This document shows positions 50,870-64,000 of a stretch of DNA of 64,000 nucleotides, piece by piece. The notes beneath the pieces are model-generated. The model ran no database searches, was not told the origin of the DNA, and saw only the letters and a list, made by a program, of their open reading frames with translations. Made by a program: the position numbers and the translations under genes. Each line of letters opens with the position of its first letter. Positions within the stretch are counted from its first letter, which is position 1. The DNA comes from Selaginella moellendorffii (Eukaryota > Plantae > Lycopodiophyta): the NCBI RefSeq assembly GCF_000143415.4, contig NW_003314393.1, forward strand, positions 1 to 64,000, written 5' to 3'.

Positions 50870-53720
50870 CAAGGTTAGCCTCAATGGTCTTGGTCTCCAG
50901 AAAAAGGCAACCACTTTGATCGCTGTGGGCTTGGTTGATTGAGTGTAGATTCATCTCAAGTATCCAATGAAGTTTCTGCTAGTCATGCTAGAGGCAATGA
51001 TGAGCATCACAATGATGTGGATGTTGAGATGGACACTCAAATCGTGTTATTGAGGCTGTTGGTATTGGTGCTCCTGAGGCTACAACTACTGATAGTAGGG
51101 TACTTACGTTTGATGTTGGTGGTGGTGGGGGTGTTGTGCCTTCGGTTGTTGAGGCTGGTCGCAGCAAGGTAGATGAACCAGCTGAGGAGGTAATTAGTAG
51201 CGTTGTAAGTGGATCTACTGCAGAGGCTATTGGGGGGATGTTCTGCTCCTACTGCTCCTCGGGCTAGTGGTGCAAGGGGAGCTAGTGGTGGTGAGGGATT
51301 ATGCATGCATGATTCTGACACCATCTTGAATGATCGTGTTCGGGACACAATTATCCAAACTCAAGAATGGACAGTCAGTAAAGTGTTACAGGAAATGGCG
51401 TGGAATGGCCCTCATCAATTTCAAGTTCCTTTGTGCCGGTTGGTTCAAAGCCATTAGGTGCGCTCAGCTTACGACCTCAACATGGCAATCTATAGCTCCT
51501 TTGTCGAGGTCGGGTTTGGGAGCACAACTGGTACCTTCATCGTTTCAGCAACTTTCCTTGGAACCGGTAGGACAGAGTCAGTGACTACTGAACTTGAGGA
51601 AAAATGGGATCTTATATGGCTGCGAAAGTCTCGTGAGTTTGATTGATTCTTAGGACAACATGTAGAGATAGCAGGGTTCATTGGAAAGCTCTTTTGGGTG
51701 ATCGATGGAAACCATAGGTGGTTAGCATTTTGGAAGTGCATTCAAGAGAAGTTTTGAGATGATGAAGAACGACACATTAGTGTTCCAGTCACACTTGTCG
51801 AACCAATGACTCGGGAGTACACTATGAAGCTCAACATGGCATGCCATAAGATCAACATGTAAGAATTTATTTTTTGTAAACTTAGCCAATATCGTGTTTT
51901 TGCAGGCTAAACCAATTTGTGTTTCAAGCTTATACATTGGTACATGACATTGAACACCTTCGGTTTATCGGCATGCTCTCGCTAGAGAAGGTCCAAACGT
52001 TGTACAATCGTGAGGTCTTTGAAGCAATTCGAGTGAAGCTAGCAGCTAGGAAAGGCCAAGAATTGCAGACTTGGTATTAGCTGCCACCTTATTTTCTAGT
52101 TGCTGTCTGGGCAAAGGTAAATTAATATTGAAGTTTGTATCGACTTATATAATGTTTCTTGCAGCCCATAATCAAAGGAGAAAGAGCCTCATTCTTTAAA
52201 AATGCCTAAGGGGATGAGCAGCAGAAGGAGATGGAATGGAATGCGATTGAGCAGCAAATTTTGAATACGAAGAGAACAAAGGTGAAAAAGTTGGTCTCGA
52301 TTGCAAACATACGATGTGGGCAGGAATGGCTTGATAGCATTGCCAAGATTTGTTCTCACATTCATAAGTTCTTCTAAAACTTGTGAAACATTTCATAACT
52401 CTTTGTGTGTGTAGGAACTGATAAAGCACCGGAGGAACTCATTTACAACATCTCCAAGAGTAAAATGTCCTTTGCTGAACAAAGCGTCTGCTTGGAACTT
52501 CTCAACACTTGGCTGCAAAACAACGAAAAACGTTGTGAGATAAGGATGGAGAAGGTGATGAAGGAGAAGGCATACATTTTTCAGAGTATTGCCGATGGTG
52601 AGGAGATATTACAAGTTTGGGATGAGAAGTTTCTTTCCAGCACCCGCACATGTATCACTCTCGAAGAATATATTCGTGTTTGTCTTGCGGAGCTAGGGAA
52701 TGGTTGGCTTCCATGTGGTGGGACGAGTTCAGTTGAGTTCAAGAACCAACCAAGACAACCATTTCTTGCGAGGTGCATGGTTTAAAAGTATTTTCTCAAT
52801 TCTCATTTATATATTGGTATTTATATTTTTGTTTTACTTTGTAGATATTTAAAATATTGCCCTAGCGCACCGGTATACACAGTCGGTGTTTTGCAGAAGC
52901 TCCTGACTAGAGGCAAGAAGCTTGGGATGTATGAGCCAGAGTTCTACTGTCCTTGTATACATGAGAGGGAGCTATGCCCATGGTACCTTGAACTTGTGGA
53001 GCAAATGCCGACATCGAACTTCGAGCTAGATCTCTACCTTGAATGTCATCTAGGTTCACTTGAAACTCAGCACTTAGCTAGGAAATATTAACCTTGAGTT
53101 ATATTCTTATTTTCCAGAGGCTCTTTCTAACTATGATAACGACGTTATTGAAGTTCAACAACTAAACACAAGAGTCCAGACTCAGGAAACCATTTAGGAG
53201 ATGCCAAATCCAAATACTGTTGAACCAGAGGAAATTGTACAGGAAATTCCAGCATAAGAAATTCCATTACCTGCTCCTCACAACCCTCGAAGGGGCCATT
53301 GTGAAGCTTTTCATGAGAGTAAGGACTTTGATTTAGAACATTCTTTTATTCATTCTTGACTTCACTTTTTTTTTAATAGATGTTGTAGAGAGCAGCTATC
53401 AATCTTCTTGGCGGACTAAGACATTCTTCCCATCCCTCCCTATGGCTACAGATGATGACCTGGAAGAGCTCTCCTTTGCAGCTATGCATAAACAAGTTAG
53501 TAAGCATGAATTTTATCTCCAACTTTTAGTTCTAGTAATTGATTTTCAGATTCGCCCTCTATCCCCAACGGCCAATGTTAGGGAAGTTGCTATTCTCATT
53601 GGGGATTACATGCAGCTTTTAGATGCTACTAGTCAAGAGCTTTACATGCTTGATCGGTGGATCCATGGTCTGGGTCAACTCACACCTTATGGGAAGATTG
53701 GTTTCATCTTTTTCGATCTT
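50870..53720 (+). pseudogene. Multi-exon ParB-like (probably ParB-amino-MTase) gene divergent from the MULE transposase, truncated by E3
   Basis: FQVPLCRLVQSH*VR...KLFWVIDGNHRWLAF (VIDGNHR at 51698-51718); last visible exon VAILIGDYMQLLD...GKIGFIFFDL| resembles the lead-in to MTase motif IV; start approximate. Confidence 0.65.
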
Positions 53721-55278
53721 AAGCTCTATTTCGTTAAAGTGGGATTTATTCAGTAAAATGGGACTAGGTACAAATTTTCAAGTATTTGAAAATGACGTGA
53801 AATTATATGTTTTTTGTCCAGGGGCTAGACATATCTGGGGCATGGTGACTAGCGCGGTGACTTTGTGTCCAGACTGAGTCCATCTGGTTGTATAATAAAT
53901 CTCATTGTCAAGGTGAACAAGCCGAATCTGAAGCTAAAGAAGAGCAATGGCATGCGCGCACACACTATTTGTTTGTTCATTGAGCGTGTGGTGAGCTTTC
54001 CAAGATGAATATCATTCCTATTAGCCAGACATATAACTTAATGGTGAGAACATTTAGATATTATTCAATGTTATCTTTTTCTAACGAATCTAATTGTGAA
54101 GGTGTAGCAAGAGGCATTGCTAGTCTGGAGAAGTCATTTAACTCATTTGACCCTTAGTGTATTTTCATGAAACTAAATAACATTCATATTATTAAGGAAT
54201 TTCTCTAGTACCTTTTTTTTACGACATAGAGGCTTGCATTTCTTTCAAAGGTGATTTAGTAAAAGGCCTGAGGGCACATGCCATTCTATTTCTCAGACCG
54301 GTATTAAGATATACTAGTGCAAAGGGAAAAAGGTATTTGGTGATCAAGTAAATGGTATGAGGGCACACGCCATTATAAGCCTAAGCGCTAGTGGACACCT
54401 CCTTTTTGGTACTCTCAGTGGTACTATCATCCTTCTCCAGGTCAGTTATTTTGCTTTGGATTGTTGTCTCTGACGTTACTGGGGCGTTCTTGATAATTGT
54501 TAATATTGCTGTTTGTTCAGAAAAATGATCACCTGGAGTATAGTACGGGGAGTTTGGAAGACTTATATATTCTACATCTTCACCTATCTCCTTCTCCGTT
54601 TCCTTTTCTGCCTCACTTACAGATTTTGTGCTTGCCATGAGAACGCTCTTCACCCTAAAATATGGAGTTCGTTGTGTTATAAAAGGAAACCAACACACAC
54701 GTTGCAAGGGAATGATGGTACATAAAGCACGTAAGCCCACAATATGGGTTTATGTGCTATTAATATGGGCCACACACCATATTATTAGATTTATGCACGT
54801 GTGATTGGTAAATGCATATGTCACATCATCTTTGTTTTACCTCACACACTATATCAGGCCTAATGAACCATATCACATGTGCGCACATGCTATATATATG
54901 GAGAAGTATTATGCAAGGATAGAAAAATTCAATGCATGATTGTGGAGAGCAATGGCATGAAGCCACATGCTAAATAACATTTTAGAGAAAGAATTAAAAT
55001 AAAAACATGCAAATAGTACTGAGTGGACCAAGACTTAGAAGTGCACAATTGAATGAGGTATTTCTAATAAATATTTCACTCACCTCATATAGGAATGGCT
55101 ACCACTCTCAAATGGCATATTGCCTCATGCTATCACCTCGCAATTTGTTATAACAATCTGATGAATTCATATTCGGCTTGTTCACCTTGAACTTTAAGTA
55201 AGATTTGCTAGAACAACTAAGAATTTATACTTGTTATTTGTATCATCTCACCTAGGAATGGCGTAAGGCCACATGCCA

Positions 55279-58032
55279 TCACACCTCCTCTGATTCAGAT
55301 TCGGATTGTTCACCTTGAAATAAAATACATTAGAAACTTAGTAAAGGAATATTAATGAATCTCACCTTGAACCCGGGTTATGAATGCTCTTGCTGCATCT
55401 CTTGCATGGTCTGGCAAGGTGATGGTGGCACTCTGCTTCCGCATCCAACCATGCACAACATTATCCACCGATATGCTCATGTTGGGATCCCTTGGATTCA
55501 GCACCCATCTCTTTTCTAGGCAATCCTTCGTATATCCGGAACTTGGCTTGAACCACTCCACAGTTACATTGAAGGAGTTAGTTTCCGCATCCTCCTCTGC
55601 ATCAGTGATGCAGCGCCCCACCCATATCATTTGTTTTTTATTATTGGGTCTGACAAGCACGACCATTCCTTTGCAGACCTGTACTGGATTGAATGCTGAA
55701 TCCGGCTTCTTGTTCCTCGGCCCACAATAGTGATCCTCAACATCGTTATCTGTCACTGCATTTCCAGAGGACATTGTTCCGCTACTATCTGGTGCTCTGG
55801 GTTCTAGCCAAAAGGACTCTTCCAATTCTTCATATACAACCAGCCCATTTTGGATAGCAGATATAATCTTCTCCCAGTATTCGAGCAAAGGCTTGCACCT
55901 CTGAAAATAGGATTCTCCACCAAACACCAACCCCCTCTTCCAGAAGGCAATATGCTGTCTAATCCTGGCCACTATACTTTCCTGGTCTTTGAGTCCATCC
56001 GGGTGCATCGGCCGTGGGGAACCCTGAGGAATCATAGGTTCCCCAGTTATGGGATCTCTCTTGAAGAGTTCAATGCCGTCCACTGGCAGCCACACTGTGT
56101 CCCATTCTCTCATCTTGTACCTCATCACTGGAGCACCGTCACGCATGCTGAAATGAAACTGAAGAGGCTTGGAGTGGCCAATCAGCATTTCGGATCCGTC
56201 CCTGATGTAGCCTCTTACAAACCCCTTAAAGTCTGGAACCTCTGTCACAAGTGCAGTTTCAACAGTGCCTTTGATGCAATTTTGGAATTCATCGTAGAGT
56301 TGTGGGAGGGTGAGGACATTGGATCGCCGGAGGGACTCTGCCAGGTGACTGAACATAGCATCGACGTCTTCATGAGTGTGCCCAACCATGAGAAAGCCAA
56401 GTGTAACCGTTTCAAATATGCCTTTGGCAACAAGCATCGCCAAGTACGTGAAGACGTACATGGTTTTGTTCTCACTGCCAGCATTGTCTGTTTGGAGCAG
56501 AAGATGGGGTGGAAGGCCACATCGGCCGCAAGATACTGCAAGCCTTTGCTCCTCCTCCAGCTGAACCCTTTATGGGGTTTGATCGACAAGGGCCTTATGC
56601 AAGGGTTGGCCGTTCAGCTCAGTCTGCGCACTTTGCAGAGACCTTAAGTGTTTTGCTAGGGACGCAATCATCATGTTTGCACCCCCCCACCCCATAGAGG
56701 TACAAAGAAGTTCCCATAGTTCTGGGCACCATGCCCATGAGCGATTATGCCAAACAGAGACACAGGCAGCTGCATGGATGAAGAGATTGCCTTGGGGGCA
56801 GGATTGAATCGAGGTAAGCACGTCTTTTTCTTGTCCATTTTGTCGTGGATGATGCAGAGGTAAGAGTCAGGTCTCTCCATGGAGAGAATCCTGTTATGAT
56901 AATATGCAGTCCTGCAGCTTCTCTGCTCGATGTTGTGGTCGAGCCGCCTTCTAACCAACGTCTCTCGCTCTTGAGCGCTGCAAGAATTCTTCGACAAAGC
57001 CATTTTGATAGCAGTGCACTCGTCACACTTTGAAAAGCTGGAGTACTTTCCTATACTCACATCCCTGAACCTGTTGCTCCACAATCTACTAAATCTAGAT
57101 TGGCTCAGCTTCCTGTAGCCATTACTCTGGAGTTCCCGATTCACATCTTCCAATATGGCCCCCTTGGTATACATGGAAGGGAGAACTCGTTGGGTGTCTC
57201 GAGTTCCATCTTCCAAGAGGCGGGTTTTATATGGTTGCTGCTCGCTACATGTCTCGACAAACCTCTTGAAGATTGCCTCTCCATATACAACATGACCCTT
57301 GGTTTTGTGAGTACCGTCGTTCCCATGGACTGCCTGTTGAACCCTTTGTTCCTCGAACTCAGTTTTGATTCTGTAGAATGTGGTTCGAGGGACTCCATAA
57401 ATGATTCTCCATGCCTTCATGCAGACCAAACCCCTCTGGAAGACCATGCCCCCCACCTGATGTTCTGAAGCATCAACAAATGACCATAATGCCTTATACA
57501 CAAAATTGCGAGCTGCCTTCCAGGACAATGTCTTGTATCTTGCTCTCTCCTCTTCAATAGCATCCCAATCAGCATGTTGACAGCACCTCCTCTTGCAACA
57601 AGCAACTGTCGAGACCATTCGAACCTCCATCGCCATTTTCTACCTTTTCGGTTCTTTGCTCAGATCCCTTTGGCTGCGCTTTAGGAAGGTGTATTTTCTT
57701 TTCCCATGAAGAGATGTTCTGTCATTAGTTGTAGTGGTGTTTGATTGTGAATCCTTCACATTCTCAAACACTAAGTGCCTCAATTTCCACCGCACAATGC
57801 TTCCAATAGTCAGACTGTTTTCTTCTGTGTCAACAACCTCTAAAATCACAACTCCAATATCATCCCAGCCCAATTCTTGATTACCAACCACATCTCTTGG
57901 ATTGACAACTATGGCTAAGCCCTCAGCTACCACCTCCCCCTCGGGGTTGTTTAGAAACACCTTTGCCTGAATTCATATAGCACGGTTCTTAAGATCCACG
58001 GAGGGAACATGTGTCGCACTTGCGGAGGCCAT
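55279..58032 (-). pseudogene. E3 transposase with two in-frame deletions, a stop and a frameshift
   Basis: ORFs 57640-57960, 56671-57636 and 55352-56461; starts MASASATHVP; 1-bp deletion in a G run near 56685. Confidence 0.88.
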
Positions 58033-61000
58033 TCTGAAAGTGCAGAAAAGAAGTTAAGACCATACAAAAAATGATTGGAGAATGGCCTAAATCATAACAT
58101 ACCAAACAACCTCAATAGCATGAGGCCACATGCCATTATTCAAACATGCTATTGACACCCATATGAAATTTCACATTCACAAAATTGGCATGAGGCCTCA
58201 TGCCATCTTGATATACACACAGCTGCAGGCAAGTAAAAACATACATGACAATACGCTAGCCATGAAATTGCAAGGGCCCAAGATGGCATGTGGCCTCATG
58301 CCATTTCTAAATGTGGTCCTAAGCCATTCCATGGTGAACATACCAGGAAGCACAAGTGCCGAATATCAAGAGGAAGCGGTAGCCACACCAAAGACAGTGC
58401 CGCTCGCAACACCGCAACTACTTGTAGCGCTGCTCGCAACACCGCAACTGCTCATAGCGCCGCTCGCACAAACTGCCACTCGCATAAACTGCCGCTCGCA
58501 ATGGCGCTCGCAATGCCGCAACCGCTCGTAGACGCATAAACCACAGCCCACAACGCCGCTTACACAAGCAGCGCTCACTGTGCTCAGCGGAACCAAGAAC
58601 ACGGCGCACAAAAATGATAGACTTAGGAATGAGTTCGAGAATTCAAAAATAACACACGCTTGAATGTCACATCAAATCCTCTAACAAACCAGATCTTATG
58701 ACTCCTCTGTCAAATTTCAAACTGAGTAGCTTCTAGACTTTGCTGTCGGAGGTTGAACTTTGTCACATCATGTCCTTGCCTCGATCCAGCTGTGCCATGT
58801 CAGTGATTTGAACTTTGCCATGCCATGTCAGCGATCCGTGCCAAGATTATTCGCCGTGTAAAGGAATAATTATGCTCTGTGTGTACGTCCATTTATGGCA
58901 ATATAAGGCCACACGCCATTCAAAGAATAATGCTAGTCGAGCATTTTTTGGTGCATTTTTGGGTTCAAAATTGCATGAGCCCACACGCTATAAAGTTTAC
59001 CTGTACCAAAAATAGAAACAGCTTTATTTACTTGGGAATTTAAGTGGTTGAGGCATTTTTAAACTTACAAACACATGCCCTACTTACATTCCTTTGGTTG
59101 CTTAAAATTCAAAAATATTATAAACCTTTCTTTTTGCATTTTCAATGTTTTCAATTATGGTTTTTGATTTTCGCAGGACCAGCCTAGTAATCTATTTGCA
59201 TCCCGTCATGTTTATAGCTAACTTTCGTTTGTCCCCTTCGCTAGCCTGAGATACATCTGCTCGGCATCTGCCTCTTACAGCATTTGCCCAGAAAGGGCAT
59301 CTTTCTTCACGTAGCATTTGCCACATGTTTAGGGTTTAGGGTTTAGCAATTCAATAGCTTGATAAACATGCAAATACAGAACTTGATGCAAAATCCTTTG
59401 ATATGTCACAATGCCCCTAGGACCATAAACACATTTCAATAGAGAGGGTCCTTTCATTTCATAACTCCTTACGTAGATCTTGGTGAAACCAGAGTTAGTG
59501 AAGTTAGTTTCTTGTGATCTCGCATCTGATTGTGATGTCCCTTTGCAATGTCAATGGAAAGGTTAATGCACACCAAACTGTAAAATCTTGGAGCAAAATA
59601 ACGGTCGGATCTATGGCAAATGCCCCTGAAACATTGTAAGGCTCGTGTGGTCTCATGTGGTGTCTGATCGAGATGCTTCTTTGTAGGGTTATCAAGAAAG
59701 ACATTGTATACCATTCTGTAAAATCTAGTTGCGATCTAACGGTTGGATCTCCAGAAAACTCAAAAAAATCTCGAGCGTGTTAGAATATTCTAGGAATATA
59801 CTCCTATGTGCCCCTGAAAATGGCATGCGGCCCCATGCCATTCAAGAGATAACGCCAGATGACGCCGAGCATTTTTTGGTGCATTTTTTGGGATCAAAAT
59901 TGCATGAGCCCACACGCTTGAACGTCACATCAAATCCTCTGACAAACCAGATCTTATAATTCCTCTGACAAATTTCAAATTGAGTAGCTTCTAGACTTGG
60001 CTGTCGGACGTTGAACTTTGTCACATCATGTCCTTGCCTCGATCCAGCTGTGCCATGTCAGTGATTCGAACTTTGCCATGCCATGTTAGTGATCCGCGCC
60101 AAGATTATTCGCCGTGTAACTGCTCGGCATCTGCCTCTTACAGCATTTGCCCAGAAAGGGCATCTTTCTTCACGCAGCATTTGCCACATGTTTAGGGTTT
60201 AGGGTTTAGCAATTCAATAGCTTGATAAACATGCAAATACAGAACTTGATGCAAAATCCTTTGATATGTCAGGACCATAAACACATTTCAATAGAGAGGG
60301 TCCTTTCATTTCATAACTCCTTACGTAGATCTTGGTGAAACTAGAGTTAGTGAAGTTGGTTTCTTGTGATCCCACTTCTGATTGTGATGTCCCTTTGCAG
60401 TGTTGATGGAAAGGTCAATGCACACCAAACTGTAGAATCTTGGAGCAAAATAACGGTCGGATCTATGGCAAATGCCCCTGAAACATTGTAAGGCTCGTGT
60501 GGTCTCATGTGGTGTCCGATCGAGATGCTTCTTTGCAGGGTCATCAAGAAGGACATTGTATACCATTCTTTATTTAGCTGAACATCTGGCATTTTTGGAA
60601 ATACAAGATGCTTTGGAATATCCAATCATGCATGGTATAAATATAGCGAGGGTATTAAATGATATCCCAATCATGATCTTTCTTTTGGATTTCGTGTGCA
60701 TGTAGTCCGAGGAATGATGACATTGCGGATTTCTTTTGGATTTCACGTGCATGCATACGCGCGGCGATCCAGAAATTAATGGTGGCGCCCAAGTCTGAGG
60801 AATGATGACGTTGCGGGATTACCAACCGTCGTGACATTTCACGCGTGTGAGGTTAGGTTTTGCATCGTACTCGCGCTCGCATCGCGCTCCCACTCGCGAT
60901 CACGCTCACATTCGCGCTCATCTACCTTCTCTACAGGTTTCTCGTGTGCATCGGTGTCCACTCGCGCTTGCATCACACTCGCGCTCGCATCGCGCTCGTG

Positions 61001-61224
61001 TGCATCGGCGTCCACTTCAAGACACACCCAGTTTGTAACTTCGCCGCCAACTCCGCCGCCCACTCCGCCACCCACACGCAGCCCACTTGGCATCCCGGCA
61101 GATTTCAGCGCCACTCTCCAACTGTAAGTGGCAGAGTAGCCTTGCTGCTACGATCCGCTGCACACACAGTGCACATTCGCCAACGAGTCCGGCCTCGATT
61201 GTCACGGCCTCCATTCGGCTTCAA

Positions 61225-64000
61225 ATGGTAAGTCTTTTAGGCCAAGTAGAAAATGGCATGAGGCCACATGCCATTCAGTAGCAACATTGGCATGCACCGA
61301 TTGGGCTCTCGAGTGCAGTCCGGTTACAGATGGCGTGTAGCCTCACGCCATCTTAGGATGCAGCCTCAAGACATCTGATGCAGTGGTGAATGGCGTGTGG
61401 CCTCACATTATTTCCAGCTGCTAGCTTTACATCTGTCAGCTCTAATTGTTGTGCATTTCTGAACAGGCGAGGAATTGCGTTCTTCTTCCAGCCACTGTCA
61501 ATGTGGATGCAGAGAAGGGGGAGGAGCTCACCAGTTGGACTTTCGGGATGGAAGGCGAGGATCTGAGGCTGTACAACACAGATGGTGGGAGAAAAGAATG
61601 CATGGGGATCCTCATCCAAGTGACAGACACTCCATGCAATTCCATGCAAGAATATAGACTGGCACTTGTGGTAGAGACAGCGTCCGCCTTCAATATCCAC
61701 CTTGCACATCCTAGCAGCTTCCCGGAGGGGGGCAGCGGCTATGAGGAATTCCTAGAGGGAGCTAGGGAGAGGTTGTCCAAGAGGCCTACAATTTCAAAGA
61801 TGCTGCGGGTCTATGAAGATCACATGGAATCCACGGACCTCACCTACGGCGATGTTCAAAAACTATATTCCAACATTGAGCCGTTGAGAGTGCCTCCAGT
61901 TTGCGAAGCGAAGGGGAAGGGGGTCGATCTGGAAACTACCCCGAAGCAGAAAAGGGTGGTCAAGCTCAAGCCGACGTCTGACTCTGCTGCTCCAAAAAAG
62001 AAGCTACTCGGTGATGCCATTGCCTCGGGTTCGAACACTACACCCACCAAAAAGAAGAGCCGCAAAGAGCAAAAAGAGCAAGAAGAGGCAGCAAAAATCG
62101 TCGCAGATAATAGTACTTGTTACTATTCCAACAAAGTATATACAATCGACGTGAGCCGTATCGACATCCAAAGCAAATATAACCACAGGCTAGTATCTGA
62201 TGAGTGGGTGGAGAAACTGAAGCAGAAGATGCTGGCAAGTCCAGTAACACCCGACATCGCAGACGTGATCCCCTACTACCGAACAATGAAGGGCGAGACG
62301 AGGTTTCTAGACTTGATCAATAGGAAGGTGTTGGACGATAAAAACATCCGGTTCTATGCCGACTCTGGGCAACATTCTAGCTTGGCGATGCAACAGATAG
62401 TTGTGGATATTATGGTGGGCGAGGAGGTGAAGAAAGTCTTCAAGACAAGATTTGTCCGCCTGATAAAAGGCAACTCGCCCCTCCGATCTATCATATACAT
62501 CTCCCACGCGCAGAATGTCAAGCAAGAAACGTGCTACAAATCGGGTTTGCACGAGACATTGGCACAAACACAGAAGCTCTAGGTTCAACTGAAGAAGCCA
62601 CAAAAACCAGGACAAGGACATGCACTATCAACTAGCGCCTGGCAGGTAAGCCTCGTTGCATGTGGCATAGCATGTGGCCTCACGCCATTTCCATTGCAGG
62701 AATTCTCGAGTCTTCTCTCGAAAACACAGGGGGTCAATGACACACTTAGCATCCATAACATTCTACTCGCGACAAAAGTTGCTTTTGACAAATGGGTAGA
62801 TGTGCTGAGGAGGTACCATGACGGGGAGTTGCTAAACTCAATGGGTGTGGAGGACGGCCGGAAGCCCAATGATTTGAAGCTCAACGCCTTGCATTTCTCA
62901 CGGTCTCTAGACGACGACGACCTTCTGACAGTGGCTAATGCTCTTCTACGTGGTGAGGTAGTCTTCAACAAGACCAAAATGACTCCCGGCCATATTGTGA
63001 CATACGAGGACTTGTGCACGACTCTGAGAGCTCGTGCGCTATTGAAGGATTGGATCTTCGAGCAAGTGGCCATGGAGAGGGTGAGCATCGACACCACGCA
63101 AGAGATGATGGAAGAGCTGGAGTTGTCAAATGAAGACATCGACGAGTACGTGAAGGGGGCCCCCAAGTTCATCGATCTGCTGCGGGATGCCACGAAAAGT
63201 AAAGCTGAGAAGTTGGATCAGTATCCAAATTTCATTAAGAGGGATGTCGACCGCTGGCTTCAGAAACAGCTCGACCCCGCAACAGAGGCCTATCGAGAAC
63301 CTTACCGGGTATACGTGAATTCGGATGAGGATCAAAGGTGGAGGAGCATCGTTTCCCGCGGAGATGAGCAGGTCAAGAACATCTTTTGTGTGATGGACTT
63401 CACAAACGAGGAGATCACTCATGCAGACGAAGTCAGCTCCATCATTGACTTAATGGTGGGACTTGCGGAGGTGGAATCTTCAGTCCACTATATGATCTAC
63501 GACTCCGAATCCTATCACAAGTTCTGGAAGGCCTTGAACGAGGTGAAGGCTTGGTTGAAAGGCAAGAAGATGCAGGAGATCCATGGGATAATGGCTAAGA
63601 AGAAGATACCGACGAATGTCCACATCTTCACACTCGCCCTTGTTATTGGTCCTGCAGCAGAGTGGGACTGGAGTGACTTCCCAGCTTCGTTCGACAAGGC
63701 CGATCGAATTGATCTGAGGGAGGTCAATTTACCCGTGCCTGAGGAACTGAAGACGGCTATGGAGCTTTCGAATCCAGAGAAAGCTCCAGGTGCAGCATGG
63801 GAAATGCTCAGCTGGGTCTTCAACGCAATAGCGGGTGGGTCACCTGCTTCCGACTCCAAGGGCAAATGCGTTGTCGAGTACAACTGCGGCAGACTATTAT
63901 TTCGAGCCACACTACTCAAGGGTGTCCCGTATGTTGCGGTGACAAACTCCATTGAAGAGGTGACTTCAATGGAGCATATAATTACAGTTGCCAAAGAAAA
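61225..64000 (+). pseudogene. E3 cargo gene 5' part (complete N-terminus, ParB-like and MTase-like domains)
   Basis: ATG|GTAAGT at 61225; ORF 61446-62582 contains FYADSGQHSSLA; TGG>TAG stop at 62580-62582; 54-bp intron 62646-62699. Confidence 0.8.

Larger units (their letters stand above)
53721..64000 (-). mobile_element. E3: third copy of the Sola-like transposon, running off the window
   Basis: Begins AAGCTCTATTTCGTTAAAGTGGGA after TCTT (predicted TSD, 53717-53720); collinear with the reverse complement of E1. Confidence 0.92.

Overview
Eukaryotic, almost entirely transposon-derived DNA with no recognisable host gene. Its ~50-nt GT-AG introns, TTTAGGG repeats and a self-priming Tcn1-type chromovirus point to a non-seed land plant such as a lycophyte or bryophyte (inference). 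The main element is a ~13.5-kb cut-and-paste DNA transposon present three times: E1 3520-17068 (TSD AGGG), E2 25040-45134 (inverted, TSD TCAG) and E3 53721 to the window end (inverted). It has 24-bp TIRs, 4-bp TSDs and a Sola-like (DUF7869-type) DDD transposase. Head-to-head with the transposase is a ~11-exon gene whose exons splice in frame into one ~1,600-aa protein: ParB/Srx-like domain, degenerate beta-class amino-DNA-methyltransferase-like domain, acidic/low-complexity linker and FCP1/NIF HAD phosphatase. About 30 copies of a 22-bp palindrome (ATGGCRTG-N6-CAYGCCAT) are scattered through the element, including in five of the first six introns of that gene. An unrelated, older Mutator-like (MULE/SWIM) element at ~46.3-53.7 kb also carries a divergent ParB (VIDGNHR) gene followed by the start of a methyltransferase-like domain. 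The window also holds a Tcn1-like gypsy element split by E2, a young non-autonomous LTR element inside the E2 transposase, a solo LTR and fragments of that family, and an inverted copy of E1's flank trapped inside E2. All transposon genes here carry stops, frameshifts or deletions. Domain calls were made by eye from motifs, not from database searches.
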